A stretch of 64,000 nucleotides of DNA. It comes from an uncultured Candidatus Saccharibacteria bacterium. Lineage in GTDB: Bacteria; Patescibacteriota; Minisyncoccia; Phycocordibacterales; UBA2100. The stretch spans positions 14,843-78,842 of the forward strand of contig CAZHOB010000003.1 in NCBI GenBank assembly GCA_964534465.1. The letters run 5' to 3'. A model generated the notes under the pieces. The model was not told the origin of the DNA. It saw only the letters and a list, made by a program, of their open reading frames with translations, and ran no database searches. Below, piece by piece: positions 1 to 9,300 of this stretch. Position 1 is the first letter of the stretch, and each line of letters begins with the position of its first letter. Both the position numbers and the translations under genes were made by a program.

Positions 1-1
1 A

Positions 2-289
2 CTCAACGCAGGTTGCGTTCCGCAGATACTCGTTCGCAAATGGCACGATTCGCAGCCTTACGTTCCGCGCGAGCTATCTGTCACTACAAAGCCGGCTCCG
101 CGTCGATTCAAGAAGAAGATCACGACATGGATCGCGTTCTGGCCGTGGAGTGCTCTCAACTATCTGCTCTCCGACATCCTGAAGGACCTTGTGGACCTCG
201 TGATGCGCCTCCTCAACGGCGTGTACATGTGGATCACCAACAGGCACTTCGGCCAAGTCGACGAACGTCTGATGAAGGACGAACATTGA
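2..289 (+). CDS. 3'-terminal fragment of a membrane protein gene (5' partial, runs off window start)
   Basis: Open frame 2 from window edge to TGA at 287-289 with protein-like hydrophobic composition (..WIAFWPWSALNYLLSDILKDLVDLVMRLLNGVYMWITNRHFGQVDERLMKDEH). Followed by intrinsic terminator at 304-336. Not in ORF track because it lacks a start. Confidence 0.35.
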   Translation, partial: LNAGCVPQILVRKWHDSQPYVPRELSVTTKPAPRRFKKKITTWIAFWPWSALNYLLSDILKDLVDLVMRLLNGVYMWITNRHFGQVDERLMKDEH

Positions 290-303
290 GATCTTCACTG
301 TTT

Positions 304-336
304 ACCCCCGCGAGCTACTCTCGCGGGGGCTTTTCT
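304..336 (+). terminator. Rho-independent terminator (ccccgcgag-loop-ctcgcggggg + T-tract)
   Basis: Perfect GC hairpin followed by cttttctttatt. Sits between upstream + strand partial CDS and the tRNA. Confidence 0.5.
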
Positions 337-347
337 TTATTAAATTG

Positions 348-419
348 TGGACCAGCGGGGAATCGGACCCCGGACCTCCTCATTGCAAATGAGGCATTCT
401 ACCACTGAACTACTGGCCC
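348..419 (-). tRNA. tRNA-Ala (anticodon UGC)
   Basis: Reverse complement reads GGGCCAGTAGTTCAGTGGTAGAATGCCTCATTTGCAATGAGGAGGTCCGGGGTCCGATTCCCCGCTGGTCCA. Cloverleaf with 7-bp acceptor stem, D-arm, anticodon loop TTTGCAA (UGC), T-arm. G3:U70 wobble pair diagnostic for tRNA-Ala, discriminator A73. CCA not encoded. Confidence 0.85.
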
Positions 420-550
420 TATAGAGCGTGATTATTGCATATTTCGGGGTTAGTGTGTATGGTCCCAAATTCACTCCGGACCTTTATTTTTTGCTTGCGT
501 TTTACGGTACGGGCTCTACTCTTAGCGAAGAGTAACGAAGGAGATAGCAC

Positions 551-1285
551 GTGGCAGAGCAATTCAATACGCTCGAAGAAGTCCTCGCGGCGGACCCGCT
601 CGGTTCGATGTACGAAACAATGCGCGCTGCAATGGAAGCAGTACGCGTAACGCATCCGGATGAATGCGAGCTCGAGGACAAAGTGATGAATTTTATTTTG
701 GAGCGCATTGCATTAGACCCGACATTTGATGAGCGGACCGAGGCGGGTAAGCAAACGATCGCTGCCGCGCTCGGAGTCTCAATGGAAGATCTGCTTCGAA
801 TGGAAGACTTCCAACGAGAATACTTTGGAGCAATGGAAGCTGTATCGCCCGCGCCGGAAGAGCTCATCGCGCAGTGGAAAGAGCTCAAACATCTCAATTA
901 CATTCGTGATGTCGACGCCGCGACGTGGCCCGCACAGCTCACGCGGCCGATGCTTGTCCTCTATTCTGCTGATTGGTGTCATCCGTGCCGGATGATACGG
1001 CCAACCTTTGCGCAGCTTGTACTCTTCTACGACAAGGCCGAGGTGCGCTATTGCCATGACGAAGCTTTTCACGATGCTCACGGCGTCGATGGTATCCCGC
1101 AGTTCATCGCGCATTTCCCCAATGGGTCACGCGTGATGAGCGATGTAGGCAACAGCGCGCAGGAGATGTGGGACACGATGAATAATCTTGTCGCGCTCGG
1201 CCAAGCGTATCAAGGCGACGGTCGGCTCGTGTGCACGCAGGATTCGTGCAGGATAAGTCCGTCGTTCGCACGAACAAGTGAATAA
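551..1285 (+). CDS. Thioredoxin-fold protein with N-terminal domain of unknown function
   Basis: C-terminal half has thioredoxin active-site motif WCHPC (..LVLYSADWCHPCRMIRPTF..). N-terminal ~130 aa unrecognised. Terminator at 1290-1325. Confidence 0.6.
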   Translation: MAEQFNTLEEVLAADPLGSMYETMRAAMEAVRVTHPDECELEDKVMNFILERIALDPTFDERTEAGKQTIAAALGVSMEDLLRMEDFQREYFGAMEAVSPAPEELIAQWKELKHLNYIRDVDAATWPAQLTRPMLVLYSADWCHPCRMIRPTFAQLVLFYDKAEVRYCHDEAFHDAHGVDGIPQFIAHFPNGSRVMSDVGNSAQEMWDTMNNLVALGQAYQGDGRLVCTQDSCRISPSFARTSE

Positions 1286-1385
1286 ACTCAACGGCCCCGT
1301 ATTCTCGGGGCCGCTTTCTATTTTCAGACGAGCTTGATAGCGAAGTGGCGATTCTGTATGCTGCGCACAGCAAAGGAGCACAAGA

Positions 1386-1697
1386 ATGTCCAAGAGGTCC
1401 GATTACATTAAGGAGCTTTCAACGGATATCAGGCGCGAGGTGCGTCAGGAAGATTGGAAGTCCGTTGCCGACACCCTTTCATGTTTGGCGGAGCAACTCG
1501 TAACTGCACTCATGGATCGTAATGACGTACTCATTCGTTCGGCCTATGAGAGCGTCGAGCGCAGTCATAGCCTGTTGGTAACCCGAGATTGCCCCGAGGG
1601 CGACTTGTGGTCGCCCGAAACAGCGGCATCCGAAATGCGAGCGTTTACCCGATTGCTTAATATAGCTCTGGGATATCGAAGATCTAATAGATCCTAA
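1386..1697 (+). CDS. Hypothetical protein (103 aa)
   Basis: RBS aaaggagcacaaga before ATG. Followed by hairpin terminator 1706-1740 (aaaccatcatggctcgccttgatggttt + T-tract). Confidence 0.5.
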   Translation: MSKRSDYIKELSTDIRREVRQEDWKSVADTLSCLAEQLVTALMDRNDVLIRSAYESVERSHSLLVTRDCPEGDLWSPETAASEMRAFTRLLNIALGYRRSNRS

Positions 1698-1744
1698 GCA
1701 CGCAATAAACCATCATGGCTCGCCTTGATGGTTTCTTTCTTGTA

Positions 1745-2716
1745 TTAAGCGGCGCGCGCAAGCTTGATGGAGTGTTCGAGGAATTCGCGCACTGATGAGC
1801 CGACGGCTTCGAGCATCGGCGGGAAGGCCGCGCCTTGGTAGAGACCGGGGAGGGCGTTGACTTCGAGAAGGTAGGCGGCGCGAGGTGTCACTATGAAATC
1901 GGCACGGGAGAAGTGCGAGAGACCGAGCGCACGGTGAGCGTCTTTCGCCGCATTGGCGAGCATCTCTTTTTGCGATTTGTCGAACGAGCTCGGCACAGAA
2001 TACGTGAGCTTGGCACCCGCATGATGGTCGGGGCGCATCAATTTTTCTCCTTCGGGCAGCGTAATGTGCGCCGGTGGCAGCGCGTAGAGATCTTCGCCGC
2101 GGAAATCTTCTATGACGCCCACGGTGGCTTGTTCGCCGCGGACGAATTGTTCCACGAGAGCGCCACCATACATATCCAAGATGATCGCGAGCGCGTCGGG
2201 CAATTCTATCGGCGTGGACGCGATGAGTATGCCCGTTGATGCGCCCTCTTGGGCGGGCTTCACCACATACGGTGGACCAAATGTATTGAAGATCGTGCGT
2301 GCCATCTCCCCCGTCGTCATTTCGTCACTGATCGAAAATCCCATCGCAGCAGGCATACGCACGCCGGCTTTTTGCAGGATCTCGTGGGCGCGAGTCTTGT
2401 GGAGTGAATTGAGCGCAGGCGAGGGCCGCGCGCCCGCGTAGGGCACGCCCGCGCGCTCCAGAAGACGCTGCACTGTGCCGTCTTCACCGACGCCACCATG
2501 CAGACCACTGAGCACTACATCTACCTGCGAGAGAGCGCGCGCCGGATCGACGGGAATGCCGCGTAAGTGCCACGTGCCATCTTTGCCGATAAAAATATCG
2601 CGCGTTTCGTACTTGTCGTCGGGAAGATTCGAGAGTATTGCGGCACCCGTTTTGAGCGAAAGAGTATATTCGCTCGATGTTCCGCCACGGAGCACCCCGA
2701 CACTGGTACGGATCAT
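1745..2716 (-). CDS. ddl: D-alanine--D-alanine ligase
   Basis: ATP-grasp Ddl signature segments (..GPPYVVKPAQEGASTGI.., ..FPPMLEAVG..). Typical length 323 aa. Confidence 0.9.
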   Translation of the reverse strand: MIRTSVGVLRGGTSSEYTLSLKTGAAILSNLPDDKYETRDIFIGKDGTWHLRGIPVDPARALSQVDVVLSGLHGGVGEDGTVQRLLERAGVPYAGARPSPALNSLHKTRAHEILQKAGVRMPAAMGFSISDEMTTGEMARTIFNTFGPPYVVKPAQEGASTGILIASTPIELPDALAIILDMYGGALVEQFVRGEQATVGVIEDFRGEDLYALPPAHITLPEGEKLMRPDHHAGAKLTYSVPSSFDKSQKEMLANAAKDAHRALGLSHFSRADFIVTPRAAYLLEVNALPGLYQGAAFPPMLEAVGSSVREFLEHSIKLARAA

Positions 2717-2865
2717 GCAAAAATTATAGCACCGTTACAAATGGCAAACTGCTGAAAAGGGCCGGAGGCGAGGCGCCGACGAGAGAGAACCTGAGCCGTA
2801 CTTATTGTACGGTGAGGGTTCGAACAAGGAGGGCAACGATGCATCCGGCCCTTTTATGCAGTTTG

Positions 2866-3321
2866 CTAGGGTGCGGGGTAGAAGGTGACGTCTTGGGGGA
2901 TTATATGGAGCGAGAAATCAGGCACCCACCACACCTTGCAGATGGCGAGCGGCACGAAGCTGAGTCCTGATTGCGCAGCGAGCTTCTCGTACGAAGCTTT
3001 CAAACCCTGCGTATCGCGGTCGTTCCACGCTGCGGCCTGATCTTCCTGATTGACTATCATGTGTACCATCGTCTGCTTGCCAAGGACGGTGATCGTGTAA
3101 TCAAAGCGCGTGAGCCCGTTGAGGACATACATATCGCCGACTATCGAGTTGTCGTCATTCCTCCATGAAAAATGACATATCGCTGGCGGAAGTTTTTTTA
3201 TCTCTTCATAATTTCCGAGACCGATAGAGGGCGGTATGGTGCTGGAGCGGTACCAGAGATAGCCGAAATACGTACCGATCAAAAGAAGTGCACATACCAA
3301 GAGAAACTTGAATGGCTGCAT
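2866..3321 (-). CDS. Hypothetical membrane-anchored protein
   Basis: Start moved to internal Met (MQPFKFLLVCALLLIGTYFGYLW = N-terminal TM helix). Upstream part of the ORF would overlap the uvrC C-terminus. Confidence 0.45.
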   Translation of the reverse strand: MQPFKFLLVCALLLIGTYFGYLWYRSSTIPPSIGLGNYEEIKKLPPAICHFSWRNDDNSIVGDMYVLNGLTRFDYTITVLGKQTMVHMIVNQEDQAAAWNDRDTQGLKASYEKLAAQSGLSFVPLAICKVWWVPDFSLHIIPQDVTFYPAP

Positions 3322-3340
3322 TAATTCTAAGTATATCGGA

Positions 3341-4570
3341 TTACAAGAGTCGTCCACGGCGCGCGCGGTGATAACTGATACCGAAGCGATGTGCCTCACT
3401 ATTAGCCAAAAGGATGTCTTTTTCGTAGGCCGCTATCGCACGCTCGTCGCCTATCAGGCGCTCCGGCTTGTGGAATTCGTTCTTCACCACGCCGACTATC
3501 GGAATAGCCACGCCGGCGGCTTTGGTAATGCTCATGGCCGCCCGCATCTGTCCCTTGCCGCCGTCCACTACGAAAACGCGGGGAAGAGGCCACTCGGCAT
3601 GACCGAGTCGACGCTCGAGAATTTCTTTGAGTGCCGCGGTATCGTCGTTGGTCGCGGTACGAATTTTGAATTTACGGTATGCGTTCTTTATCATCTCGCC
3701 GCTATGGACGACCGTCATCACGCCGACCGTCTCTTGACCGGCCGTATGCGCCACGTCATACGCCTCAATGCGGACACCGCCTCCCGATGACACGCGGCTG
3801 TCATCCTTTATGAGTGATACATCGCGTATGTGTTCGAGCGCGAATACCTGTCTGCGCAGCGACTCGGCTTTTTCAAAGTGCTCAGCCTTGGCCGACTCTT
3901 TCATTTCTTTGGTCATTTGGCGCTTCAGTCCGTGAAAATTGCCGGAAAATAATTCGCATATCTTTTTTACCGTTTGCAGGTACTCCTCGCGCTTCATCTC
4001 CCCTGTACATACTCCAGGACACAAGCCTATCTGACGATTGAAACACGGCCGGCACATTTTGTTCTTAGGTGAACCGCACGGATCGCATTTGGAATCGCGG
4101 AACGGGAATATCCGTCGCACTATTTTTACGGCATCCTGCAGCGCGAGCCCCTGCGGAAATGGTCCGAAGATGTTGCGCGCCTGCGGCGTGTCGCCGTTGT
4201 GGTAGAGGTCGCGGCCGCGCACGACAAGCACTCGGGGAAAATCCTCTTTGGTAATGACGAGGTAGTTGAAGCTTTTGTTGTCTTTGGATGCGGAGTTATA
4301 TGGCGGCATGTGCCGCTTGATGAGGTTGGCCTCGAGGATGAGTGCCTCGAGCACGGAGTCAGTAGAATGCCACTGAATGCTATTAGCCTCCTGCACCATT
4401 TGCACGATGTGCTCTCCGCGACCATCCCGCAGGTCGTTCGAAAAATAGCTACGCACACGATCGCGCAGGCTTGCAGCCTTGCCGATATAAAGTAAATTAT
4501 GCCCTTTTTTAAAGAGATATACGCCCGGCTCGTCGGGTAATTTGAATTTTGTGAGGTCTTCTTTTTGCAT
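3341..4570 (-). CDS. uvrC: Excinuclease ABC subunit C, short form lacking C-terminal (HhH)2
   Basis: N-terminal GIY-YIG (PGVYLFKKGHNLLYIGKAASLRDRVRSYF). Cys cluster (CDPCGSPKNKMCRPCFNRQIGLCPGVC). UVR-like helix (AEHFEKAESLRRQVFALEHI). RNase H-like endonuclease domain (RIEAYDVAHTAGQETVGVMTVV..VVDGGKGQ). Start set at MQKEDL. Ends after the endonuclease domain (409 aa). Confidence 0.85.
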   Translation of the reverse strand: MQKEDLTKFKLPDEPGVYLFKKGHNLLYIGKAASLRDRVRSYFSNDLRDGRGEHIVQMVQEANSIQWHSTDSVLEALILEANLIKRHMPPYNSASKDNKSFNYLVITKEDFPRVLVVRGRDLYHNGDTPQARNIFGPFPQGLALQDAVKIVRRIFPFRDSKCDPCGSPKNKMCRPCFNRQIGLCPGVCTGEMKREEYLQTVKKICELFSGNFHGLKRQMTKEMKESAKAEHFEKAESLRRQVFALEHIRDVSLIKDDSRVSSGGGVRIEAYDVAHTAGQETVGVMTVVHSGEMIKNAYRKFKIRTATNDDTAALKEILERRLGHAEWPLPRVFVVDGGKGQMRAAMSITKAAGVAIPIVGVVKNEFHKPERLIGDERAIAAYEKDILLANSEAHRFGISYHRARRGRLL

Positions 4571-4625
4571 GAGAGAGTGAAAAAACAGTTTGCCCCGACA
4601 AAGACGTCGGGGCAAGGGCGCGCGT

Positions 4626-4868
4626 TCAGTGGATGAACGCTTTCACATAGGCCGGAAGTTGGCCGCCGGATTTCCAGCGCATTGCGTCGTTGGAGACACT
4701 GCGTTCATTCCAGGCGAAGCATCCACTGTGCCATCGTGAGAAGCATTCGGCAAAGACGTCGCTGGTCGTAACGTGTGCACCTGCCGCCAGCCTGCTCTTG
4801 AACATGAGAGCTCTCAACGAATTGACCGATGCCTTGTCGCGCTCACGCAGTGCGACCTCGATGTCCAT
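4626..4868 (-). CDS. Hypothetical small protein (80 aa)
   Basis: Internal Met preceded by strong RBS GGAGGAAACG. Longer ORF extension has no support. Confidence 0.4.
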   Translation of the reverse strand: MDIEVALRERDKASVNSLRALMFKSRLAAGAHVTTSDVFAECFSRWHSGCFAWNERSVSNDAMRWKSGGQLPAYVKAFIH

Positions 4869-4990
4869 CGTTTCCTCCAAGGTTTTTTGATGGGACGCAG
4901 TACAGATCCGCTTATATTGTATGAGTGTTCGATGAATTGTCAAGATAAAAGAATGGCCCCGCCGAAGGCGGGGCAAAAATATATCGTGCT

Positions 4991-5293
4991 CTAGCGGAAC
5001 TTGGCATCCGCATGCCAATACGTGCTCATCACGTAGTAGGGAAGGATCCCCTTCTCCTTGAAATCGCGCACGTCCGCGCGCACGAATGTACGCATAATGA
5101 GAGCCGACGCCGATCTGCCATTGTGCGCCCGATACGCGAGACAAAAGAGCGCCGCGAGCGACGTGGGTTTGTTGCGGCTGCGACGCACAAGCATCACCTG
5201 CGTCTTCTGTAACACAACAGCTGGATCGAAGAAGTGGCCTGCGAACGGCTGATACGCTATCCTTTCATTCTCCACGTTCGGCTGGAGACGCAT
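4991..5293 (-). CDS. Hypothetical protein (100 aa)
   Basis: ORF followed on minus strand by hairpin gccccgccttcggcggggc + U-rich tract (4950-4985). Confidence 0.4.
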   Translation of the reverse strand: MRLQPNVENERIAYQPFAGHFFDPAVVLQKTQVMLVRRSRNKPTSLAALFCLAYRAHNGRSASALIMRTFVRADVRDFKEKGILPYYVMSTYWHADAKFR

Positions 5294-5424
5294 TTTTCTT
5301 TTCCCCGAATTTGAGACACACTAAAAATACATTGTACTCTTTTGCGTTACCGAACGCAACGCACCCGCGCATCTGGACGCGCGCCGAGAGTACCGTACGA
5401 TTAGAAGAAGAAAGGAAACCAACA

Positions 5425-5787
5425 ATGCATGTCACGCTACGAGATGAGATACTCGTAGTCGCTGACTACGAGAGTGCGTATTCCGCGATGACGCTCTACG
5501 GTCGCGTCCATGTTCTGCGTCGTGGGAACGGTGTCCACGTGTACATCACACATGAGATCTTTGCCGCCACTCTCTTTCAGATGGCGATCGAAGGTCTTGT
5601 CGAACCTCGCAGATTGCGCAAGCGCGATAAATGGCTCGTGGCCGTTGGTCCCAACGCGAAGTACAACGTGCACGACCTCTTTTTTCGTCTTACGCCTTTG
5701 GGGCAGCAGAAGCAATATCAGCTCCTCGACAGGCTGAACAAAGAGAACGCGAACATTATACCGGAGTGCAAGCTCTATAAAAAATGA
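5425..5787 (+). CDS. Hypothetical protein (120 aa)
   Basis: Start at Met with RBS aggaaaccaaca. Bidirectional terminator hairpin gagggacgacaccgaccctca + T-tract at 5788-5825 shared with uvrA. Confidence 0.45.
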   Translation: MHVTLRDEILVVADYESAYSAMTLYGRVHVLRRGNGVHVYITHEIFAATLFQMAIEGLVEPRRLRKRDKWLVAVGPNAKYNVHDLFFRLTPLGQQKQYQLLDRLNKENANIIPECKLYKK

Positions 5788-5803
5788 GGGACGACACCGA
5801 CCC

Positions 5804-8455
5804 TCATTTTTGTTTTGCTTTTTTGAGAACTCGTTTCAGATAGTAACCCGTGTGTGAGCCGTCCGTGCGCGATACTTCCTCCGGCGTGCCTTTGGCCACG
5901 ATCTTGCCTCCGCCCACCCCGCCTTCGGGCCCCATGTCGATGATGTAATCCGCACACTTCAACATATCGAGGTTGTGTTCGATGACGATCACGCTGTTTC
6001 CCCTGTCCACCAATTTTTGCAATATCGTGATGAGCTTCGCAACATCGTCGTAGTGCAAGCCCACGGTCGGCTCATCGAGCAGGTACATCGTTTTGGTCAT
6101 GAGCGGGCGGTACAGCTCGGAAGCTATTTTCACACGCTGCGCTTCCCCGCCGCTGAGCGTGGTGGCGCTTTGCCCGAGCTCGAGATATGCGAGACCCACA
6201 TCCATTAAAGTTTTCAATCTGTCCGAGATGGCCGGTATATCCTCAAAGAATGCGTACGCTTCTTCGACGGTCATCGAGAGCACATCGTGGATATTTTTCT
6301 TTTTGTATTTCACTTCGAGCGTCTCTTTCATAAAGCGTTTGCCGTTGCATACGTCGCACGTCACGTAGACCGTCGGCAAAAAGTGCATTTCCACAGCCAC
6401 AAGGCCGTTGCCCTGACACGCCTCGCAGCGCCCCCCCTTCACATTGAAAGAAAATCGGCCGGGTCCCCAGCCGCGCGCTTTGGCCTCTTCACTCATGGCA
6501 AAAAGATCGCGGATGTGCGTCCACGAGCCGGTATACGTGGCGGGATTCGAGCGCGGCGTGCGGCCTATCGGCGACTGATCGATAAGGATGGAGCGGCCGA
6601 GATATTCCGTGCCGGTGAATTCTTTGACGTTGAATATCTTTGCGCTGCGAAATCGTTTGTCGAAACGTGCGAGCAAATTGCGATGGAGTATTTCGTAGAG
6701 AAAAGTGGATTTGCCCGAGCCCGAAACGCCGGTGATATTGACGAACTTCTGAAGTGGAATGTCGACATTGAGATTCTCGATGTTGAACTTGGAGGCGCCG
6801 CGTATCTTGAGTCGACCTCTATCCGAGAAACGACGTTTCTCCGGTATCTCGATGCGCTCTTCGTCGCGCAAATACGCGAGCGTGCGCGAGCCCGACTTAT
6901 TGCTTTTTGCCGTGAGCAGGTCTTCAAGCCATCCGTCGACAACTATCTGGCCACCGTGCGTCCCCGCCCCCGGCCCGAGATCCACGATGTAATCAGAAGC
7001 AAATATCGTATCTTCATCGTGTTCGACGACCAATACCGTGTTGCCCAAGTCGCGCAAGCGCTTGAGCGTCTCGATGAGTTTGTCGTTGTCGCGCTGGTGC
7101 AATCCGATGGTCGGCTCATCGAGCACATAGAGTGCACCCACAAGCCCGCTGCCAAGCTGCGAGGCAAGGCGAATACGCTGTGCCTCGCCGCCGGAGAGCG
7201 TGTTGGCTTTTCTATCAAGCGTGAGGTATTCGATACCCACATCGAGCATGAATTTGAGACGGTTCGTGATCTCTTTGATCATGACTTTCGATATCTCTTC
7301 TTCCTTTTTCGTCAATTTAAGTTTTGAAAAGAAATTCATCGCGTCCTGTATCGAGAGCGACGAGATATTCACGATGTTCATGCCCGCCGCAGGGCCTGTG
7401 TGTTCCGCCGGCTCTTTTACGTGACCCAAGAATACGTTGAGTGATTCGGGTCGCAAGCGCGCGCCATTGCACACGAGGCATACTTCATCGCTAAAGAGGT
7501 ACCGTGTGCCGATACCTTTGCATTCAGGACATGCGCCGTACGGCGAGTTGAAGGAAAAGAGACGCGGTTCGATCTCGGGAAAAGAGAAGCCATCGTACGG
7601 GCACATGAATTTGGCGGAAACTATTCTTGAGAGCCCTGCGGGATCGGTGATGCGCACGAGTCCTTCAGATTCGCCGAGCGCACGCTCTATCGCTTCGGAC
7701 GCTCGTTCATGAGCGGCTTTGGCATCGTCGGCAAATTCCGAAACGAATATCTCATCCACGATCACGTCAATCGAATGCTTGAAATTCTTTTGCAACTCGA
7801 TACGACCGCGCAGCGATTTCTCCTCCCCATCGACTATCACCTTTTCAAAACCTTTGTTCAGGAGATCATACAGCAGCTGGTAATACTCTCCCTTGCGTCC
7901 CACGACGAGAGGCGATGAAATACGTATCTTCGCATCCGAAACTCCTTTCGTGAGTTTGCCGTCGGAGCCTTTGTGCTTTCGCGCATCGTCAACAATATGG
8001 AGAACTGATTCCAATATCTCTTCATTTGAGAGCTTGCGTACCTCGCGCCCGCACTGCGGACAGTGCGGATGACCGATGCGCGCATAAAGCACGCGGAGGT
8101 AATCGTAGATCTCCGTGATCGTCGCGACGGTCGAGCGCGGATTGTTGGAGCGGCTCTTTTGATCAATGGATATCGCCGGTGAGAGGCCGGAAATTTCGTC
8201 TACGTCGGGCTTCTGCATCTGGCGTAAGAACTGGCGGGCATATGCCGAAAGTGATTCCACATATTTGCGCTGACCTTCGGCGAATATCGTATCAAAAGCC
8301 AAAGACGACTTTCCGCTACCGGAAAGCCCCGTAAAAACGACCATTTTGTTGCGCGGCACCCCCACACTCACGTTCTTGAGGTTGTGGGTCCGCGCTCCCT
8401 TTATGATGATTTTGCCTGCCCCGAGCGAAGTCGAGGTGTCTTCCTGTTTGTGCAT
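5804..8455 (-). CDS. uvrA: Excinuclease ABC subunit A
   Basis: Two ABC ATPase modules with Walker A GLSGSGKSS / GVSGSGKST. UvrA-specific zinc fingers. GARTHNLKN near N-terminus. Start trimmed to MHKQEDTS..GARTHNLK. Confidence 0.95.
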   Translation of the reverse strand: MHKQEDTSTSLGAGKIIIKGARTHNLKNVSVGVPRNKMVVFTGLSGSGKSSLAFDTIFAEGQRKYVESLSAYARQFLRQMQKPDVDEISGLSPAISIDQKSRSNNPRSTVATITEIYDYLRVLYARIGHPHCPQCGREVRKLSNEEILESVLHIVDDARKHKGSDGKLTKGVSDAKIRISSPLVVGRKGEYYQLLYDLLNKGFEKVIVDGEEKSLRGRIELQKNFKHSIDVIVDEIFVSEFADDAKAAHERASEAIERALGESEGLVRITDPAGLSRIVSAKFMCPYDGFSFPEIEPRLFSFNSPYGACPECKGIGTRYLFSDEVCLVCNGARLRPESLNVFLGHVKEPAEHTGPAAGMNIVNISSLSIQDAMNFFSKLKLTKKEEEISKVMIKEITNRLKFMLDVGIEYLTLDRKANTLSGGEAQRIRLASQLGSGLVGALYVLDEPTIGLHQRDNDKLIETLKRLRDLGNTVLVVEHDEDTIFASDYIVDLGPGAGTHGGQIVVDGWLEDLLTAKSNKSGSRTLAYLRDEERIEIPEKRRFSDRGRLKIRGASKFNIENLNVDIPLQKFVNITGVSGSGKSTFLYEILHRNLLARFDKRFRSAKIFNVKEFTGTEYLGRSILIDQSPIGRTPRSNPATYTGSWTHIRDLFAMSEEAKARGWGPGRFSFNVKGGRCEACQGNGLVAVEMHFLPTVYVTCDVCNGKRFMKETLEVKYKKKNIHDVLSMTVEEAYAFFEDIPAISDRLKTLMDVGLAYLELGQSATTLSGGEAQRVKIASELYRPLMTKTMYLLDEPTVGLHYDDVAKLITILQKLVDRGNSVIVIEHNLDMLKCADYIIDMGPEGGVGGGKIVAKGTPEEVSRTDGSHTGYYLKRVLKKAKQK

Positions 8456-8604
8456 ACAACGAAATCTGACCCCCTTTTGGTCATGGGGGTTAGGTAGGAC
8501 CACCCTATCACGTTTGATGGCCATAAAGAACCTCGATACTTGACATTGGCGTGCAACGTGGTAGTATTTGCAGCAGTTTCCCACCCCAGATGACGGAGCG
8601 TGAC

Positions 8605-8850
8605 ATGCGCGGCCACTACTGTGTCGAATTGATGTTGCGGAAGTCGGAGCTTGAATTCCAGGCGATCAAGAAGGTCGTTGACGCCTATACACCGTATGGC
8701 GCAGCGGCCCAGGTCGTTGGCGATGCGGAAAAAAAGTATCCGCAGTCGGAAGGATGGCGCGGTCATGAGCAATACTTCGTGATGGAGTTTTCATCCGAAG
8801 GTCCCATCCCTGTTCTGCCGAAGGCAGTGGCTCTCGGCATCGCGGCGTGA
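8605..8850 (+). CDS. Small hypothetical protein, paralog A of a tandem pair
   Basis: Promoter TTGACA-17-TAGTAT at ~8528-8563. RBS GGAG before ATG. Shares M-x-x-x-Y-x-V N-terminus and A-x-K-K-[YF]-P-x-S-[ED]-G-W motif with the next gene. Terminator hairpin ggctccgcatcgcggggcc + T-tract 8865-8900. Confidence 0.5.
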   Translation: MRGHYCVELMLRKSELEFQAIKKVVDAYTPYGAAAQVVGDAEKKYPQSEGWRGHEQYFVMEFSSEGPIPVLPKAVALGIAA

Positions 8851-8959
8851 ACGCTGCAACAAGAAAGAGGCTCCGCATCGCGGGGCCTTTTCAGTTTCTT
8901 ACGTAGTTTGACCTCGAAATAAACGTGTGATATGAATCGGGCAGCAGAGGAGGGTGTTG

Positions 8960-9268
8960 ATGTCCCGCACCTACACAGTTTGTTTTGTCGCCACGAAGCA
9001 GACTCGCTACGGCCCAGTGAACAATACTGATATTGCTATCTTTTCCAGCGACGTTATCGGAGCAAGCTCATCAGAATTCGCTCGCGACACGGTACTCGAA
9101 AACGCGAAGAAAAAATTTCCTCCATCAGATGGATGGGAATTTGACGACCCGAACGTTCGTGAGATCTCCAAAGAAACCGCTTATTCAATGTGGTTGAACT
9201 CCCGTCCGGAAGATGAGATTCCCGAGGAGCACAGGATTCCCTGGGCAGACAAGATCGAACATACGTGA
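8960..9268 (+). CDS. Small hypothetical protein, paralog B of tandem pair
   Basis: Excellent RBS AGGAGGGTGTTG before ATG. Paralogous to 8605-8850. Terminator gccccgacatgtcggggc + TTTTT at 9271-9298. Confidence 0.55.
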   Translation: MSRTYTVCFVATKQTRYGPVNNTDIAIFSSDVIGASSSEFARDTVLENAKKKFPPSDGWEFDDPNVREISKETAYSMWLNSRPEDEIPEEHRIPWADKIEHT

Positions 9269-9300
9269 ACAACATGCCCCGACATGTCGGGGCTTTTTCT

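Noticed and set aside
13-408. 131-aa + strand ORF at the window start
   Set aside because: It reads straight through the intrinsic terminator and the tRNA-Ala gene. A different frame (2-289) gives a credible membrane-protein C-terminus.
6287-7327. 346-aa + strand ORF
   Set aside because: Antisense to uvrA (strong Walker/ABC signatures on the minus strand).
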